64,000 nt of DNA. It comes from a virus (lineage: Duplodnaviria > Caudoviricetes). Below, piece after piece: positions 27,312 to 38,050 of this stretch. Both the position numbers and the translations under genes were made by a program. A model generated the notes under the pieces. It was given only the letters and a program-made list of their open reading frames with translations, was not told where the DNA came from and did no database searches. Every line of letters begins with the position of its first letter. Position 1 is the stretch's first letter. Where the stretch lies: positions 192,001-256,000 of IMG/VR virus record IMGVR_UViG_3300014208_000024. The stretch is one strand, 5' to 3'.

Positions 27312-30300
27312 ATGCAAGAAGAAATTTTAATAAATAGAAGCAGAACTGGTACGACAATTTATTTTTTTAACACAGACATCAATGAATATAATTATTCTGT
27401 TTCAACTGATCCTGCTGTTTTAAAATTTGGTACAACAGAAAGTGTTCCAATAGAGCTTGGGGTTTTTGATGGTGTTTTTTTATCTGCAAATCCAACTACT
27501 GTTTTGTGGAAAAGAAATACACAACAAAATAACATATTCAGTCCTGAAATAAGAATGGATTTTATATTAGACACACCTTATTCTCCACCTTCTGCCGATG
27601 ATTTACTAACAAGAAGTTCTTATACAACTTTTTCAACAAACAATCACGTTTCTTTTGCATTAGATCATATTACAGGAAGAACTTTTTCTCAAGTCAATAA
27701 TACAAAATTATCACAATCACAAAAAGATTCTATTACAAATAGATTTTTACAATCTATGAATTCTTTGTTTACTGCAGGAACAACTTCTTATGTGTTCTTT
27801 GAAGATATGCCAATTGATGATTTTTATGCAAACATTAAATTAGAAAGAAGTTTTGATGTTCTTAACACTTTAAATATTTACAACAAAGTAAGCGGAGAAT
27901 ATTCTTTAAGAGAATCTGCAACTGGAGTAGTTTTTGGTAAACTTGAGGCTGTTCAAAAATTAACCGACTCTGATGGTAATAAAATTAGAATTCCATTAAG
28001 AAATGTTCCAATTGGAATATTTAATTCATCAAATGATTTTGAAACCCCAAACTCATTAGATGCAGATGGAAATAGATTGAGATTAAACTTTAGACCTTTA
28101 GATTCAAGCGAAGATAATTATCCACGTGATCATTTAAATGAATATTTTAATATAGAAACTTCTACATTTGATAATAAATTTTTAAATGGAATTCCATTGG
28201 ATGGTTTAAATATTCATCCAACTTTCAAAAATGTTGTTTATACAAATGAAAATGGAGAATTTTTCCTACATGATATAAGCGTTGGTGCACAAATATTGTT
28301 TTTTGAAGTTGACTTATTAAAACAAGGTTTAACAAAAGATGAAGTTGCTTTGAATTATTTTCCTTATCCACCTTCTTTTGAAAACTTTTCTATTGACACT
28401 ATTCCTCATTATTTTTATAGAGCATTACCAATCGAAGTTGTTCCTTCGTGGGGAGAATTTGGACAAACTGGATATACACAAATAAATGTTTCGGTAAATT
28501 TAGATCTAAGAAAATGGTCAACATATATAATCCCGCCCGTTACATATAAGGGTTTTCCAATAGACTCTGCAGGATATCAAGATTATTCAAGGGCTCCTCT
28601 TATTGTACAGGTTAGAGATATGTCAAAATTTAACCAAAAAGTGGCTAGTGCACAAACCCCTGAAGAAAGATTAGAGACTTATCCTTCGAGACAAATTCAA
28701 ATGGTTGAAATATTAGATATAATTGACAGAAGTGTTGAGCAACAATGGGATTTTGCAAATGAATTTTCTCAAATAAAAGATAAGGCTATTTTTCACACAT
28801 ACGGATATCATGCTATAAAACTTCCATCAAACATATATGATGATGCTGGATATAAAACTGACAAATTTGGAGATCCAATGTCTTCAAATACATCAACAAA
28901 AGGGGTTTGGTTGTGTGGATACCAACTTAAAATGTTTTTAACAAAAGAATCAGAATTGTATAGAACAACAAGCTTAGCACTCTCACATGATGCAAATGGT
29001 ACTTGGTATGACAGAGACCATTTCCACTGCTGTTTAAATGAAGAAATACAAAACTACTACTCTTCTTCATATGATGCATATGAAAAAAGAGGAAGTGGAA
29101 TCGGAATATTTCCATACGAAAAAGCCTGGGACAAAAATTACCCAGAAAGATATTCAATTCCTAAATGTCCAAAAGAAAAAACATATGTTGATTATTATCT
29201 AAATAATTACAGAGACAGAATAGAATGTCCAGAATTTCAAGATGGAGATTTAATTAAAGGAAATTCTATGATAAATCCTGGAATTAATGGCCAAAACTGG
29301 AATGGTTTTGGATTAAGTTGGAATGGTTGGATAGAACAGTATACAGATTTTTCAACAGATGTAATTGGAAGTGCTCCAACTTCTGGAATGTATAAATATG
29401 AACCAATTGGAATGGGTAAATATGGACAAAATCAATATTTTGGATGCTATGCTAGTGGATATTACAACGACATTGATTACATAATAGGGAAACACTCAGA
29501 AGTAAAAAATGCAGAAAACTATCAAAGATTAGAAGCTGGTTATGGATATTTTTTGTTTCCATCAAGCATGCCAAGAATTGTTCCAGTAATTACCGAATCA
29601 TCAATTAGGGTTGATGGATTTTTACCAACAGAAGTAGATTCTACACACAGAAAACATGTTCAAAATTATTGTCAAACAACCATTGATGAATACGTTGATA
29701 ATAGTACAACAGACCTTGGAATGTCTAAAAACTCTTTAAACTTAAAAGGAACTGCAAATCACATGATTTCTTTTAGTGTGTTAAACAACGGAAAAACTAT
29801 TGCAATGGATTTATCTAAAAAACTAGGAACATTTCCTTTAATAAATGATAAATTAAATATTTATAGAATTATTGACAGTAAATATACAGTTTCTCATGAT
29901 ACTTTACAACCAACTATTCCAACTTTTACTTCTTTTGTTTTTGAAGAATTTAGAGTTACTAAAGAAAAAATTTACAAATCAGTATTGATACCATTTGTTA
30001 AATATGATTACAACAGAGTTATTCCAGAAGAAGAGCCTTTGTTAACAGATTCTGGGTCAATTAATCTTGATGTAGCTACTATTGAAATTTATAACACAGG
30101 AGATATTCCGCTTGTTCTTTTAATTCAATCAGAGGGCCAAGGTACTGATTTGGAAATAACTATTGAAGTAGGATTTAAAATAATTTTATATACTGGAGAT
30201 GTTAATTTTATAGAAACAACAACAGATACACAAAAAATGATAGATGTAGTTATGAAAAAAATTAAAATATTAGCCAGTGGAAATAAAGATTATGACGAGG

Positions 30301-30851
30301 TAGATAATAGATATACAAACACATCTATAACTTTTAAATTTTCAGCCAGTTGGCCTGGAGAATATAATTGTTCTAAAGTAATAAGTATACCAATAAAAGA
30401 TAAAGCTAATGTTAATTGCGTATTTCCAGCAAGTAATACTAAATATGATATTGAAAGTCAATATTATGCAAACACAATATGGAGAGCTGTAGATGTTAAA
30501 ACATATAAAAACTGGGATTCAAATGGATGGTTGGAAAATACAAATAATAATAAAAAGAATTATGATGGATATAGACTTTATTCAAGTGGTGTTTTTGCAA
30601 ATCCTGGAAAATACAATGCAATGGGTGCCGATTCAAATGGAACTTCTTTTGCATATATAGATGACAGCTGTTCAGCTAACACTAACGATTATAGAACTGA
30701 AAGAATGAATGCAGGTGGAACAATGGAGTTATATTGGTCTAAAGGAGAAAGAAAAAATCCAAATGCAAGCTTTACTCCAAATCTTCAATTGTTAAGTGAT
30801 GCGAAATGGGATGTTAATGAATTATGGAAATTAACCGATCCTCAATATTAA
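27312..30851 (+). CDS. Large virion structural protein (beta-rich; carboxypeptidase-regulatory-like segment)
   Basis: 1179 aa, rich in Asn/Tyr/Thr; GVVFGKL...LRNVPIGIF...YTNENGEFFL.DI.VG.Q.LFFEVDL; follows the gp6-like gene. Confidence 0.55.
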   Translation: MQEEILINRSRTGTTIYFFNTDINEYNYSVSTDPAVLKFGTTESVPIELGVFDGVFLSANPTTVLWKRNTQQNNIFSPEIRMDFILDTPYSPPSADDLLTRSSYTTFSTNNHVSFALDHITGRTFSQVNNTKLSQSQKDSITNRFLQSMNSLFTAGTTSYVFFEDMPIDDFYANIKLERSFDVLNTLNIYNKVSGEYSLRESATGVVFGKLEAVQKLTDSDGNKIRIPLRNVPIGIFNSSNDFETPNSLDADGNRLRLNFRPLDSSEDNYPRDHLNEYFNIETSTFDNKFLNGIPLDGLNIHPTFKNVVYTNENGEFFLHDISVGAQILFFEVDLLKQGLTKDEVALNYFPYPPSFENFSIDTIPHYFYRALPIEVVPSWGEFGQTGYTQINVSVNLDLRKWSTYIIPPVTYKGFPIDSAGYQDYSRAPLIVQVRDMSKFNQKVASAQTPEERLETYPSRQIQMVEILDIIDRSVEQQWDFANEFSQIKDKAIFHTYGYHAIKLPSNIYDDAGYKTDKFGDPMSSNTSTKGVWLCGYQLKMFLTKESELYRTTSLALSHDANGTWYDRDHFHCCLNEEIQNYYSSSYDAYEKRGSGIGIFPYEKAWDKNYPERYSIPKCPKEKTYVDYYLNNYRDRIECPEFQDGDLIKGNSMINPGINGQNWNGFGLSWNGWIEQYTDFSTDVIGSAPTSGMYKYEPIGMGKYGQNQYFGCYASGYYNDIDYIIGKHSEVKNAENYQRLEAGYGYFLFPSSMPRIVPVITESSIRVDGFLPTEVDSTHRKHVQNYCQTTIDEYVDNSTTDLGMSKNSLNLKGTANHMISFSVLNNGKTIAMDLSKKLGTFPLINDKLNIYRIIDSKYTVSHDTLQPTIPTFTSFVFEEFRVTKEKIYKSVLIPFVKYDYNRVIPEEEPLLTDSGSINLDVATIEIYNTGDIPLVLLIQSEGQGTDLEITIEVGFKIILYTGDVNFIETTTDTQKMIDVVMKKIKILASGNKDYDEVDNRYTNTSITFKFSASWPGEYNCSKVISIPIKDKANVNCVFPASNTKYDIESQYYANTIWRAVDVKTYKNWDSNGWLENTNNNKKNYDGYRLYSSGVFANPGKYNAMGADSNGTSFAYIDDSCSANTNDYRTERMNAGGTMELYWSKGERKNPNASFTPNLQLLSDAKWDVNELWKLTDPQY

Positions 30852-30860
30852 TAAATTAAA

Positions 30861-32321
30861 ATGGATAATAGAAAAAAAATATTATTAGGCAATAAAGATA
30901 TTTTATCAAGGACTGTTAAAGACTTTTATATTGATGTAAATCTTTCTAAAGACAATAGAGAAATTTGGCAATATAAATATGATAATGTTTTTGACATTAC
31001 ATATTTTTACAACAAAGAGCGTAGGGAAAGTAGGGAATTTATTATATATGGAGCAATTGATTCTTATTTGTGTGATTGTAATGATTTAATAATAAAAGTT
31101 TATGACAATAGTCAATGCATTGGACAACCAATTGCAACCACAAATTCAAAAGAGTTGGTTAGTCAGTATATGCCTTTTAAAAATCTATACGGAAAAAGAA
31201 GAGGAAGATATATTGTTGACAACATTCCTTTAGGGTTTTCTGGATTTTCTATCTACATGAAAGTAGAATCTCAAAATAGTTCAATAAATGATATAATACA
31301 ACATAATGTTTACGAACAACAAATAATATTTACAACATTAACTTTTAGTAATTCTGGAGAAAAAATAGTTGAGAAATTAGATTATGGGTTAAACGAAGCT
31401 GTTACTGATTGTGACGGAAATGTTTTCGAAGTAAATAATGATTTTGATTTTTTTTATAACAAACATTGGATTAAAAAAAATTTAAACATTATTAACTCTA
31501 ATAAAATTTGGATTGGTGATGAAAGTACAAAATATTGTGCAACAGAAGTAAAAAAACTTTATCATGATAGAATAGTTGTAGGAATTTTTAACACTGGATA
31601 TTTTGAATTTGTAAAAACTATGGAAGTTTACGAAATAGATATGTCTCCTACTGGAAATATTGAATTTAACGACGCTTCAAATATTGAACATTATCAACCG
31701 CCAATATATAATGACGGAATGTGTCCAATTCCAAAAGAATTTTCATTAAAAATAGAGATTCTTTTTTCTCCAGCTGATGGAAACAATTTTTTTACTGCGC
31801 CAACAGACAACATATTACTTTCTGTTTCTCCCGACGATTTTATTTTTGATAGCAACCAACCTGTTAGAAAATACCTTGAAACTGAAACAGTTACAGTAAT
31901 AATAGAAAACAATAATCCTCTATGGGAGTTTAATGATTTTTATTTAAACTCACAGCCTCAAAATTTAAATTCCTCTTTAAGTGTAAAAATGTTACAAGAC
32001 ACCGTTGTTCAAATTTATTACAAAGAAGTTTGTTCTTGGAGTTTATCTATTAATAGTACATTTTTGGATTATAGTGGAAATGTGTCTATTTCACCTACTG
32101 GAGAAACAATTTCTTATAGTGTTATAAAAAATAAATATTACAACAACGAACCTATTACAATATCTCCAACAGATAATTATTATATAGAATCTTTCATTAT
32201 AAATGGAAATAATGGAACATTAACTAGTGTTGAAGATGTTGCCGACGGGACAACAAAAAACATAATATCTTTTAACATAACAAGCAATACTATATTATCT
32301 TTTATTTATAGAAAATATTAA
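30861..32321 (+). CDS. Putative structural protein with C-terminal Ig-like repeats
   Basis: 486 aa; two C-terminal beta-sandwich-like units ending V.IYYKE and LSFIYRKY. Confidence 0.5.
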   Translation: MDNRKKILLGNKDILSRTVKDFYIDVNLSKDNREIWQYKYDNVFDITYFYNKERRESREFIIYGAIDSYLCDCNDLIIKVYDNSQCIGQPIATTNSKELVSQYMPFKNLYGKRRGRYIVDNIPLGFSGFSIYMKVESQNSSINDIIQHNVYEQQIIFTTLTFSNSGEKIVEKLDYGLNEAVTDCDGNVFEVNNDFDFFYNKHWIKKNLNIINSNKIWIGDESTKYCATEVKKLYHDRIVVGIFNTGYFEFVKTMEVYEIDMSPTGNIEFNDASNIEHYQPPIYNDGMCPIPKEFSLKIEILFSPADGNNFFTAPTDNILLSVSPDDFIFDSNQPVRKYLETETVTVIIENNNPLWEFNDFYLNSQPQNLNSSLSVKMLQDTVVQIYYKEVCSWSLSINSTFLDYSGNVSISPTGETISYSVIKNKYYNNEPITISPTDNYYIESFIINGNNGTLTSVEDVADGTTKNIISFNITSNTILSFIYRKY

Positions 32322-32331
32322 CGATTAAAAA

Positions 32332-33258
32332 ATGGACTTAAACAAATCATTCATACAAAAAAAAATATTCTTAAAGAACAACTCGAAATTTGCAGATTCA
32401 GTAGATGACATAAGTTTGTTTAGTTTTTCTCCTGCATCTAGGGCCGTTGGAGTAAATCTTTCTTATAGTGATTATTATGTTGACATTTTCCTTACAAAAA
32501 CAAATGAGGTTTTTGAATATGTTGATGTTAAAAGGGATGAAAAAATTTTTAAAATTGAAAGACAGTTAATTAATCCATATTTTATTGATTACGATTTTTT
32601 TGATACAGTAAATAGAATATCAACAAATAAAGGAAGTGAACTAAATAATGAAATGATAAAATATCTAAGAACAAATTATGCATTTGAAGAGGTTTTGGAT
32701 GAATATAGAATAAGTTATGTGGCCAAACTATCACAGGCAGCTTTAAATTCAAATCCAAATCACGAAAAAAAGGATCTATTTATTCTTGGAATTTTTCCTG
32801 GTGACAGAAAGGCTTCTTTACCAGAATCTAATAAATTTAGACTAACGGGATCAACATATTTTGATGGAATATATATATATGATAAAACAAGCGGAGGCTA
32901 TCAACAACCATCGACAGGATTGTTTGAATCATTTGCTTGCAAACCAAACAAACAATGGCCAGTTGGAATAAACATACAGACTATTGGAGAGTTTGATTGT
33001 TATTTCTTTGATGACCCCAATATTACAAAATCATATGTTATAAGAGACTCTCTGCAAAGTTTAATTTATGATGCGTATTTTGACAATCCAAACTGGGATA
33101 TAATAAGCTGGTTTGATGCAGTTGGATATAATAAACTTTCTACAATAAAAGATCAAGAAACCAATGATACAGAATTAGACAAATTAGAAAAACTTAGAGT
33201 AGACATAACCAGTGTTGTTTCAAAAGCTTTTTATTTTCCTATATCTATAAATAAATAA
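32332..33258 (+). CDS. Hypothetical protein (structural operon)
   Basis: 308-aa ORF, tightly coupled to its neighbours. Confidence 0.5.
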   Translation: MDLNKSFIQKKIFLKNNSKFADSVDDISLFSFSPASRAVGVNLSYSDYYVDIFLTKTNEVFEYVDVKRDEKIFKIERQLINPYFIDYDFFDTVNRISTNKGSELNNEMIKYLRTNYAFEEVLDEYRISYVAKLSQAALNSNPNHEKKDLFILGIFPGDRKASLPESNKFRLTGSTYFDGIYIYDKTSGGYQQPSTGLFESFACKPNKQWPVGINIQTIGEFDCYFFDDPNITKSYVIRDSLQSLIYDAYFDNPNWDIISWFDAVGYNKLSTIKDQETNDTELDKLEKLRVDITSVVSKAFYFPISINK

Positions 33259-33259
33259 A

Positions 33260-36200
33260 ATGGAACAAAAACATGAAATATTAAAAAATAGACTTTTTAC
33301 ATCTACAACGACAGTTTCAACGGTGTCGGATAATTTAGAATTGGTAAACAATTATTATTTAAATCCCACTGGTGAAATAGAAAAAATTGTAGATTACACA
33401 AATGTTAGAGGATTTCTGTCGAATGAAAATAATCAGAAAATAGTAAATGCTTACTATTCTTATTTAACTTCATCAACAGAAATGAATGAATCATATTCTA
33501 ATTCTACATTTAAAGCAAGTGCAAAATTTAAAGCAATTTATTATGATGATGAAAAATTGGCAGACTCATTTAATGAATACTATAATTCTATAATCCTAAG
33601 AGGTGCACAAAATTCATCTATTTACATTTCTGGATCACCAACTGATACAACAACAGATGCATATAAAAACACTGTAAACAATCAATTGTTAGGAACTCAA
33701 GAATATGAATATGTAACACAAAATGTTTCTCATAACAATTTTTATTGGAAAAGTAATGTTCCACATTCTCAAGCAAATTCTCCACAAAAACCTCCTTTTC
33801 CAGAAGCGTCTACAAATGCTGTTTTAGACATATATGGTGGAGATAGAATATTATTAGAGGAACAAAAAATAGTTGAAAAACCTTTGGGGGAAAACTATTT
33901 TGTAAATGTATTTTTACAAAAAAGGCATACACAAATTGCAAGAATAGCATTTGAAGCTTGTAATAAAGATTCAATTTTTAGAGTAACAAATAACAATTCT
34001 TCTTTTTCTCAGAATGTAACGGATAAAATTAGACATAATGATTTTTTAAGTACATTGGAAAAGAAAGAAGTTGGAATAGATGGATATGAAATAAATGACT
34101 CTCAACAAACAAATGTGTTGTTACCATCACAGTCGTTTGGAAGTGCATATAATTATTCATCTAATATTATTACAAGCAATGGGACTATATTATATGGAAT
34201 AACTGATTCAGAGGGAAATCCTGTGCTTTTACCAGCAGAACCTATAGGAGCCACAACAGGAACTACTGGAAATACGATAATTCAATGTTTTGTTGATCCA
34301 AATTTTAAAACAAACGCAAACGAATATTGGACAAATTATTTTCCAAATATTTCTTTTGAATTAAGCAATTATATTTTACAAAGAACAAATTTAACATTAA
34401 ATGAAGAAAAAGAAATAAAAATAGTTTTTTCTAATACGGCTGATGAAAGCTATTCTTTTAAAGTTAAAATAACATATTTGCAGGGAAGTTCAACAAATGC
34501 CATAATAAAAGAAATACAAACAAATGTTATTGAACAAGAATTTATTCCCTCTGCTGGCGCAACAAAACAAATTTTAACTATAATAGGATTGGCTAATTCT
34601 CTAGTTGCATCAACAATTAAATTAGAAATAACAGATTATGGAAAATTTATTGCAGGAACAAAAATGTCAACATTAATTAATGTTGTTCCACCTATTATTC
34701 CGCCAAAAAGAGTATATTTTAACCCATTTACAGAAATCAATGGACAACAAGTGGCATTGCCGACAGAAGAAATTAATGGAAGGTTATATGTTGTATTTTC
34801 TGTTTCTGAAATGCCAGACACACAACAACAATGGGGGTTACCAATTCAAGTGCTTATTGATTCTTTGCCAAGTGGAGATGAATACATTGGGTTGAAATAT
34901 TCTCAATCTTCAGGGTCTATAGAAAACGGAATAAACCCATCTATAGATTGGTATGTTTCAATTGATTCTGTTTCAAGTGAGCCAACAAATGGAATTTTAA
35001 ATAATACACTTGCGTGGACAACTCCAGGTCAATCTCCATCAAATCAAATTAAAAATTTACTTTTTCACATTGAAAACAATGAAGATAATGTCCCTGGTGC
35101 TGATGAATATATATTGGTAGAATTATTATACGACACAAATCATGCAAACACACAATCGGTTACTTCGTATAATGATAATTTTGACTTTTCTGGAGTAAAA
35201 ATTATAATTACTGACAGTACAGCTATACCACCAAATGTATCACTATGTTCTTTGCCAGATTTTTATTATATAAATTTTTCAGACTCAAAATATGATAATA
35301 TAGATGAAAGTGTTTTGAGTTATTATAAACCAGATCAAAGTTTAAGATATTTATTAAGAGAAGATTTTCAAGGAAATGTAGATGGCCCAAGATTCAAAGA
35401 ATATATAAATGGATATGCTTTTGACATTGATCCTACTGCACCTTATTATGGTTTATATTCAGATACTGTACAGTTTTTGCCTACAAACTACACAATTCCA
35501 TCAACCAATAACAACATTTTTGTTCTTAGAGGATTAGATGGAAGCTTATGGGAGTTAGCTGGAAAGTGGAATGCATTTGGTATTGACTATCCTACTCTTC
35601 CAACTTTTCCAACTGGACAAATAATATATACAGTCAATGACAAAGGTGGACAATCAATGGGGACAAATCAAATATTTTGGAGAAAAAGAAGTGAGACTGA
35701 AACTATTTGTAATTCTGTAAATGCATTAATGGGAAGAACTGAAATAATAGTTTCTGGATTAAACAACTCACAAATAAATGAAGTAAAAGATGACGAAATA
35801 GTTACTACTTATGTTAATGGTCAAGTTGAAACATCTGCGGACGTTGAATTAATACTAACAGATAGCAGTGGAAATATAATAATTGGACCTCCAAATAGAA
35901 AATTTGCAGCTCAAAATCCTAATGTTGTAGAAACACAAATTCAAGGCGGTGGTAGTGCCAACATTGTTCGATTTACTAACTGTTCTATTCCAATAAATTT
36001 TTCCGAAGACTTTTATAATTATGTGTCTGGATGGGATTTATACAATAGATTTTTAGTTAAGGCAGGAGTACAACCAATTATTGAAAAGACCATTTCAACA
36101 GTTACTGGAGATATTAAAATATCTAAAGTTTCCGTTTATTATTTTATAAACGGTCTAAGAAAATCTTGGGAAACCGACGATCATTTTTATGATGGAATAG

Positions 36201-37120
36201 TGTTTAAAAACAAAATTCAAAGAGCTAGAAGAGTAGATGAGAATGGAGATGTTTGGGAGTGGGCATATAGAGTTGTTTCTCCAATAATATCGCAATCAAA
36301 CATAGATAATCTTTATTATGTAGAGAATGGACAAGATTCTCATGGAAATGATATTTATACAAAAGACATTTTAGGTCAGTATTTTGATAATTTAAATGGA
36401 TGGGGTTGGTACAAAATGATGAATATAAATTCATCTGCTGTTTATGACAATCCTGGTGAAATGATTAATGAAAATCTTGAAAATATAGACGGACACCCAC
36501 TTGATGTTTATCCAGAAGAAAACCCTGATCCAAATGAAAATCTATTTCCACCTGACCATTGCGTAGATGACACTATTACAAACCCACATTTAACATCAGC
36601 AATCGATGGAGACATGTCTCCTCTCATTGGTTCTACTCAAACATATAGTGTAGATGATATTTATGAAATTAATTTTGTTTGGGATGTTCCAATTGATTGG
36701 ACTATTGTTGACGGTCAAGGAACAAACTCAATAAATGTTAATGTGACATCTACTCCTGGAGTTATTAGTGTAATTCCACAAAACGCAGATGGAACAATAG
36801 CAGGTCAAGGTTCATCTTTAAATGTAACGCCTTCAACATCTCAAGTTGTAACATTATATGTTCAAGTGAATAGTCCAAATTATGACTCAGGTTATCCATT
36901 TTTTAAAATATCAATTAATAATGGAACTGCAACACAATATTTAGGAAACGAAAATAGTATAAATATTTTACTAAACAGTTTAGTGAAAATTACTGTATTA
37001 ACAAACAAAATTGATGGAGAATTTTATGATGGAATGAGTGGAGATATAACAACATCTTCTTCACAACTTTCTGCGGAGTTTACAATGGACAATAATAAAA
37101 ACATATTTATTAATTATTAA
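33260..37120 (+). CDS. Large virion protein with Calx-beta-like and PKD-like Ig domains
   Basis: Internal VVFSVSE...IQVLID...DW....TLAW....QIKNLLFHI.N.ED...ADEYILVEL...VKIIITDST (Calx-beta-like); C-terminal GSTQTYSV...FVWDVP.DWTIVDGQGTNSINVNV...GVISV (PKD-like). Confidence 0.55.
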   Translation: MEQKHEILKNRLFTSTTTVSTVSDNLELVNNYYLNPTGEIEKIVDYTNVRGFLSNENNQKIVNAYYSYLTSSTEMNESYSNSTFKASAKFKAIYYDDEKLADSFNEYYNSIILRGAQNSSIYISGSPTDTTTDAYKNTVNNQLLGTQEYEYVTQNVSHNNFYWKSNVPHSQANSPQKPPFPEASTNAVLDIYGGDRILLEEQKIVEKPLGENYFVNVFLQKRHTQIARIAFEACNKDSIFRVTNNNSSFSQNVTDKIRHNDFLSTLEKKEVGIDGYEINDSQQTNVLLPSQSFGSAYNYSSNIITSNGTILYGITDSEGNPVLLPAEPIGATTGTTGNTIIQCFVDPNFKTNANEYWTNYFPNISFELSNYILQRTNLTLNEEKEIKIVFSNTADESYSFKVKITYLQGSSTNAIIKEIQTNVIEQEFIPSAGATKQILTIIGLANSLVASTIKLEITDYGKFIAGTKMSTLINVVPPIIPPKRVYFNPFTEINGQQVALPTEEINGRLYVVFSVSEMPDTQQQWGLPIQVLIDSLPSGDEYIGLKYSQSSGSIENGINPSIDWYVSIDSVSSEPTNGILNNTLAWTTPGQSPSNQIKNLLFHIENNEDNVPGADEYILVELLYDTNHANTQSVTSYNDNFDFSGVKIIITDSTAIPPNVSLCSLPDFYYINFSDSKYDNIDESVLSYYKPDQSLRYLLREDFQGNVDGPRFKEYINGYAFDIDPTAPYYGLYSDTVQFLPTNYTIPSTNNNIFVLRGLDGSLWELAGKWNAFGIDYPTLPTFPTGQIIYTVNDKGGQSMGTNQIFWRKRSETETICNSVNALMGRTEIIVSGLNNSQINEVKDDEIVTTYVNGQVETSADVELILTDSSGNIIIGPPNRKFAAQNPNVVETQIQGGGSANIVRFTNCSIPINFSEDFYNYVSGWDLYNRFLVKAGVQPIIEKTISTVTGDIKISKVSVYYFINGLRKSWETDDHFYDGIVFKNKIQRARRVDENGDVWEWAYRVVSPIISQSNIDNLYYVENGQDSHGNDIYTKDILGQYFDNLNGWGWYKMMNINSSAVYDNPGEMINENLENIDGHPLDVYPEENPDPNENLFPPDHCVDDTITNPHLTSAIDGDMSPLIGSTQTYSVDDIYEINFVWDVPIDWTIVDGQGTNSINVNVTSTPGVISVIPQNADGTIAGQGSSLNVTPSTSQVVTLYVQVNSPNYDSGYPFFKISINNGTATQYLGNENSINILLNSLVKITVLTNKIDGEFYDGMSGDITTSSSQLSAEFTMDNNKNIFINY

Positions 37121-37122
37121 TA

Positions 37123-37130
37123 TATTTATA
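37123..37130 (+). promoter_or_regulatory. Putative late-promoter box TATTTATA
   Basis: 13 nt upstream of ATG 37144. Confidence 0.5.
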
Positions 37131-37143
37131 AAAAAATAAAACT

Positions 37144-38019
37144 ATGGCAGTAGGAATTTATGGAACGAAGAAATTAGCTGACGTTGACTACAATGATGTC
37201 GATGTTTTGTATGCTTATTCACCAAATAGAGAAACGGTAACAGACAATCAATTGAGACCTTTATTTTCAACGATATCAAACAGTGATTTTGCAAAAATGT
37301 TTGGAGCAGATGGTGCATATAAATTAAAATTACCAGCAGCTGTGTTCAATCAACTTGGATTTTATGTAGTGTTAATAAAGCCAAAAACTTTTGAAACAAA
37401 TATCATAGATTGTTCTTTTATTGTAACAGAAACAAGCGAAGAAATACAAATTTCTAGAAAAGGTATTGTTATACCAAAATTACAATTTCAAGGAACTGGA
37501 AGTTTAATTGGGTATCAAGTTGAATATTTTGACGACAATGGAATAAAAATTAAAAATTTTCATAAAATTATTACAGGTAGCGATCCAGTAAGTCCTGCTC
37601 AGAACCCATCTGTTCCATCTCAAAACTCTACAACAAGTTATTCTCTTAGCGATAATGGAGCATCATTGTTTTTAACCTTAACTCCAGATGAAGTAAGTTT
37701 GGTGTCAAATACTGCCAGAGCAGATCTTGGAAAGGCAGGGCAAAAAATCCTTATTTCAAATACATTTTTTGATCCAGTTATGTTAGAAATAGAAATGGTA
37801 GATCAGACTGTAAAAACATTAAGTTACGGTATTTTTGGAAACTCAACCAGGGATATGGAAAGCGGACTGTTTTCTATATTTGATGAAAACAACAATCTTT
37901 ATAAACAATATAATTTACTTACCAGGAAGAAAGTTTTCTCTAATGGAAATGTTGATTATAAAGAACAAAGAACGATTGTTAATTATAATCAATCTTTTAA
38001 TAGTCTTTCGCAGCAATAA
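37144..38019 (+). CDS. Phage hypothetical protein, probably structural
   Basis: 291-aa ORF (MAVGIYGTKKLADVDYNDVDVLY...) with its own late-type box and a downstream terminator. Confidence 0.55.
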   Translation: MAVGIYGTKKLADVDYNDVDVLYAYSPNRETVTDNQLRPLFSTISNSDFAKMFGADGAYKLKLPAAVFNQLGFYVVLIKPKTFETNIIDCSFIVTETSEEIQISRKGIVIPKLQFQGTGSLIGYQVEYFDDNGIKIKNFHKIITGSDPVSPAQNPSVPSQNSTTSYSLSDNGASLFLTLTPDEVSLVSNTARADLGKAGQKILISNTFFDPVMLEIEMVDQTVKTLSYGIFGNSTRDMESGLFSIFDENNNLYKQYNLLTRKKVFSNGNVDYKEQRTIVNYNQSFNSLSQQ

Positions 38020-38050
38020 AAAAAGCCCCAAAATCTGGGGCTTTTATTTT
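38018..38050. terminator. Bidirectional intrinsic terminator
   Basis: AAAAAAAGCCCCA-AAATC-TGGGGCTTTTATTTT between the convergent genes ending at 38019 and 38050. Confidence 0.8.
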
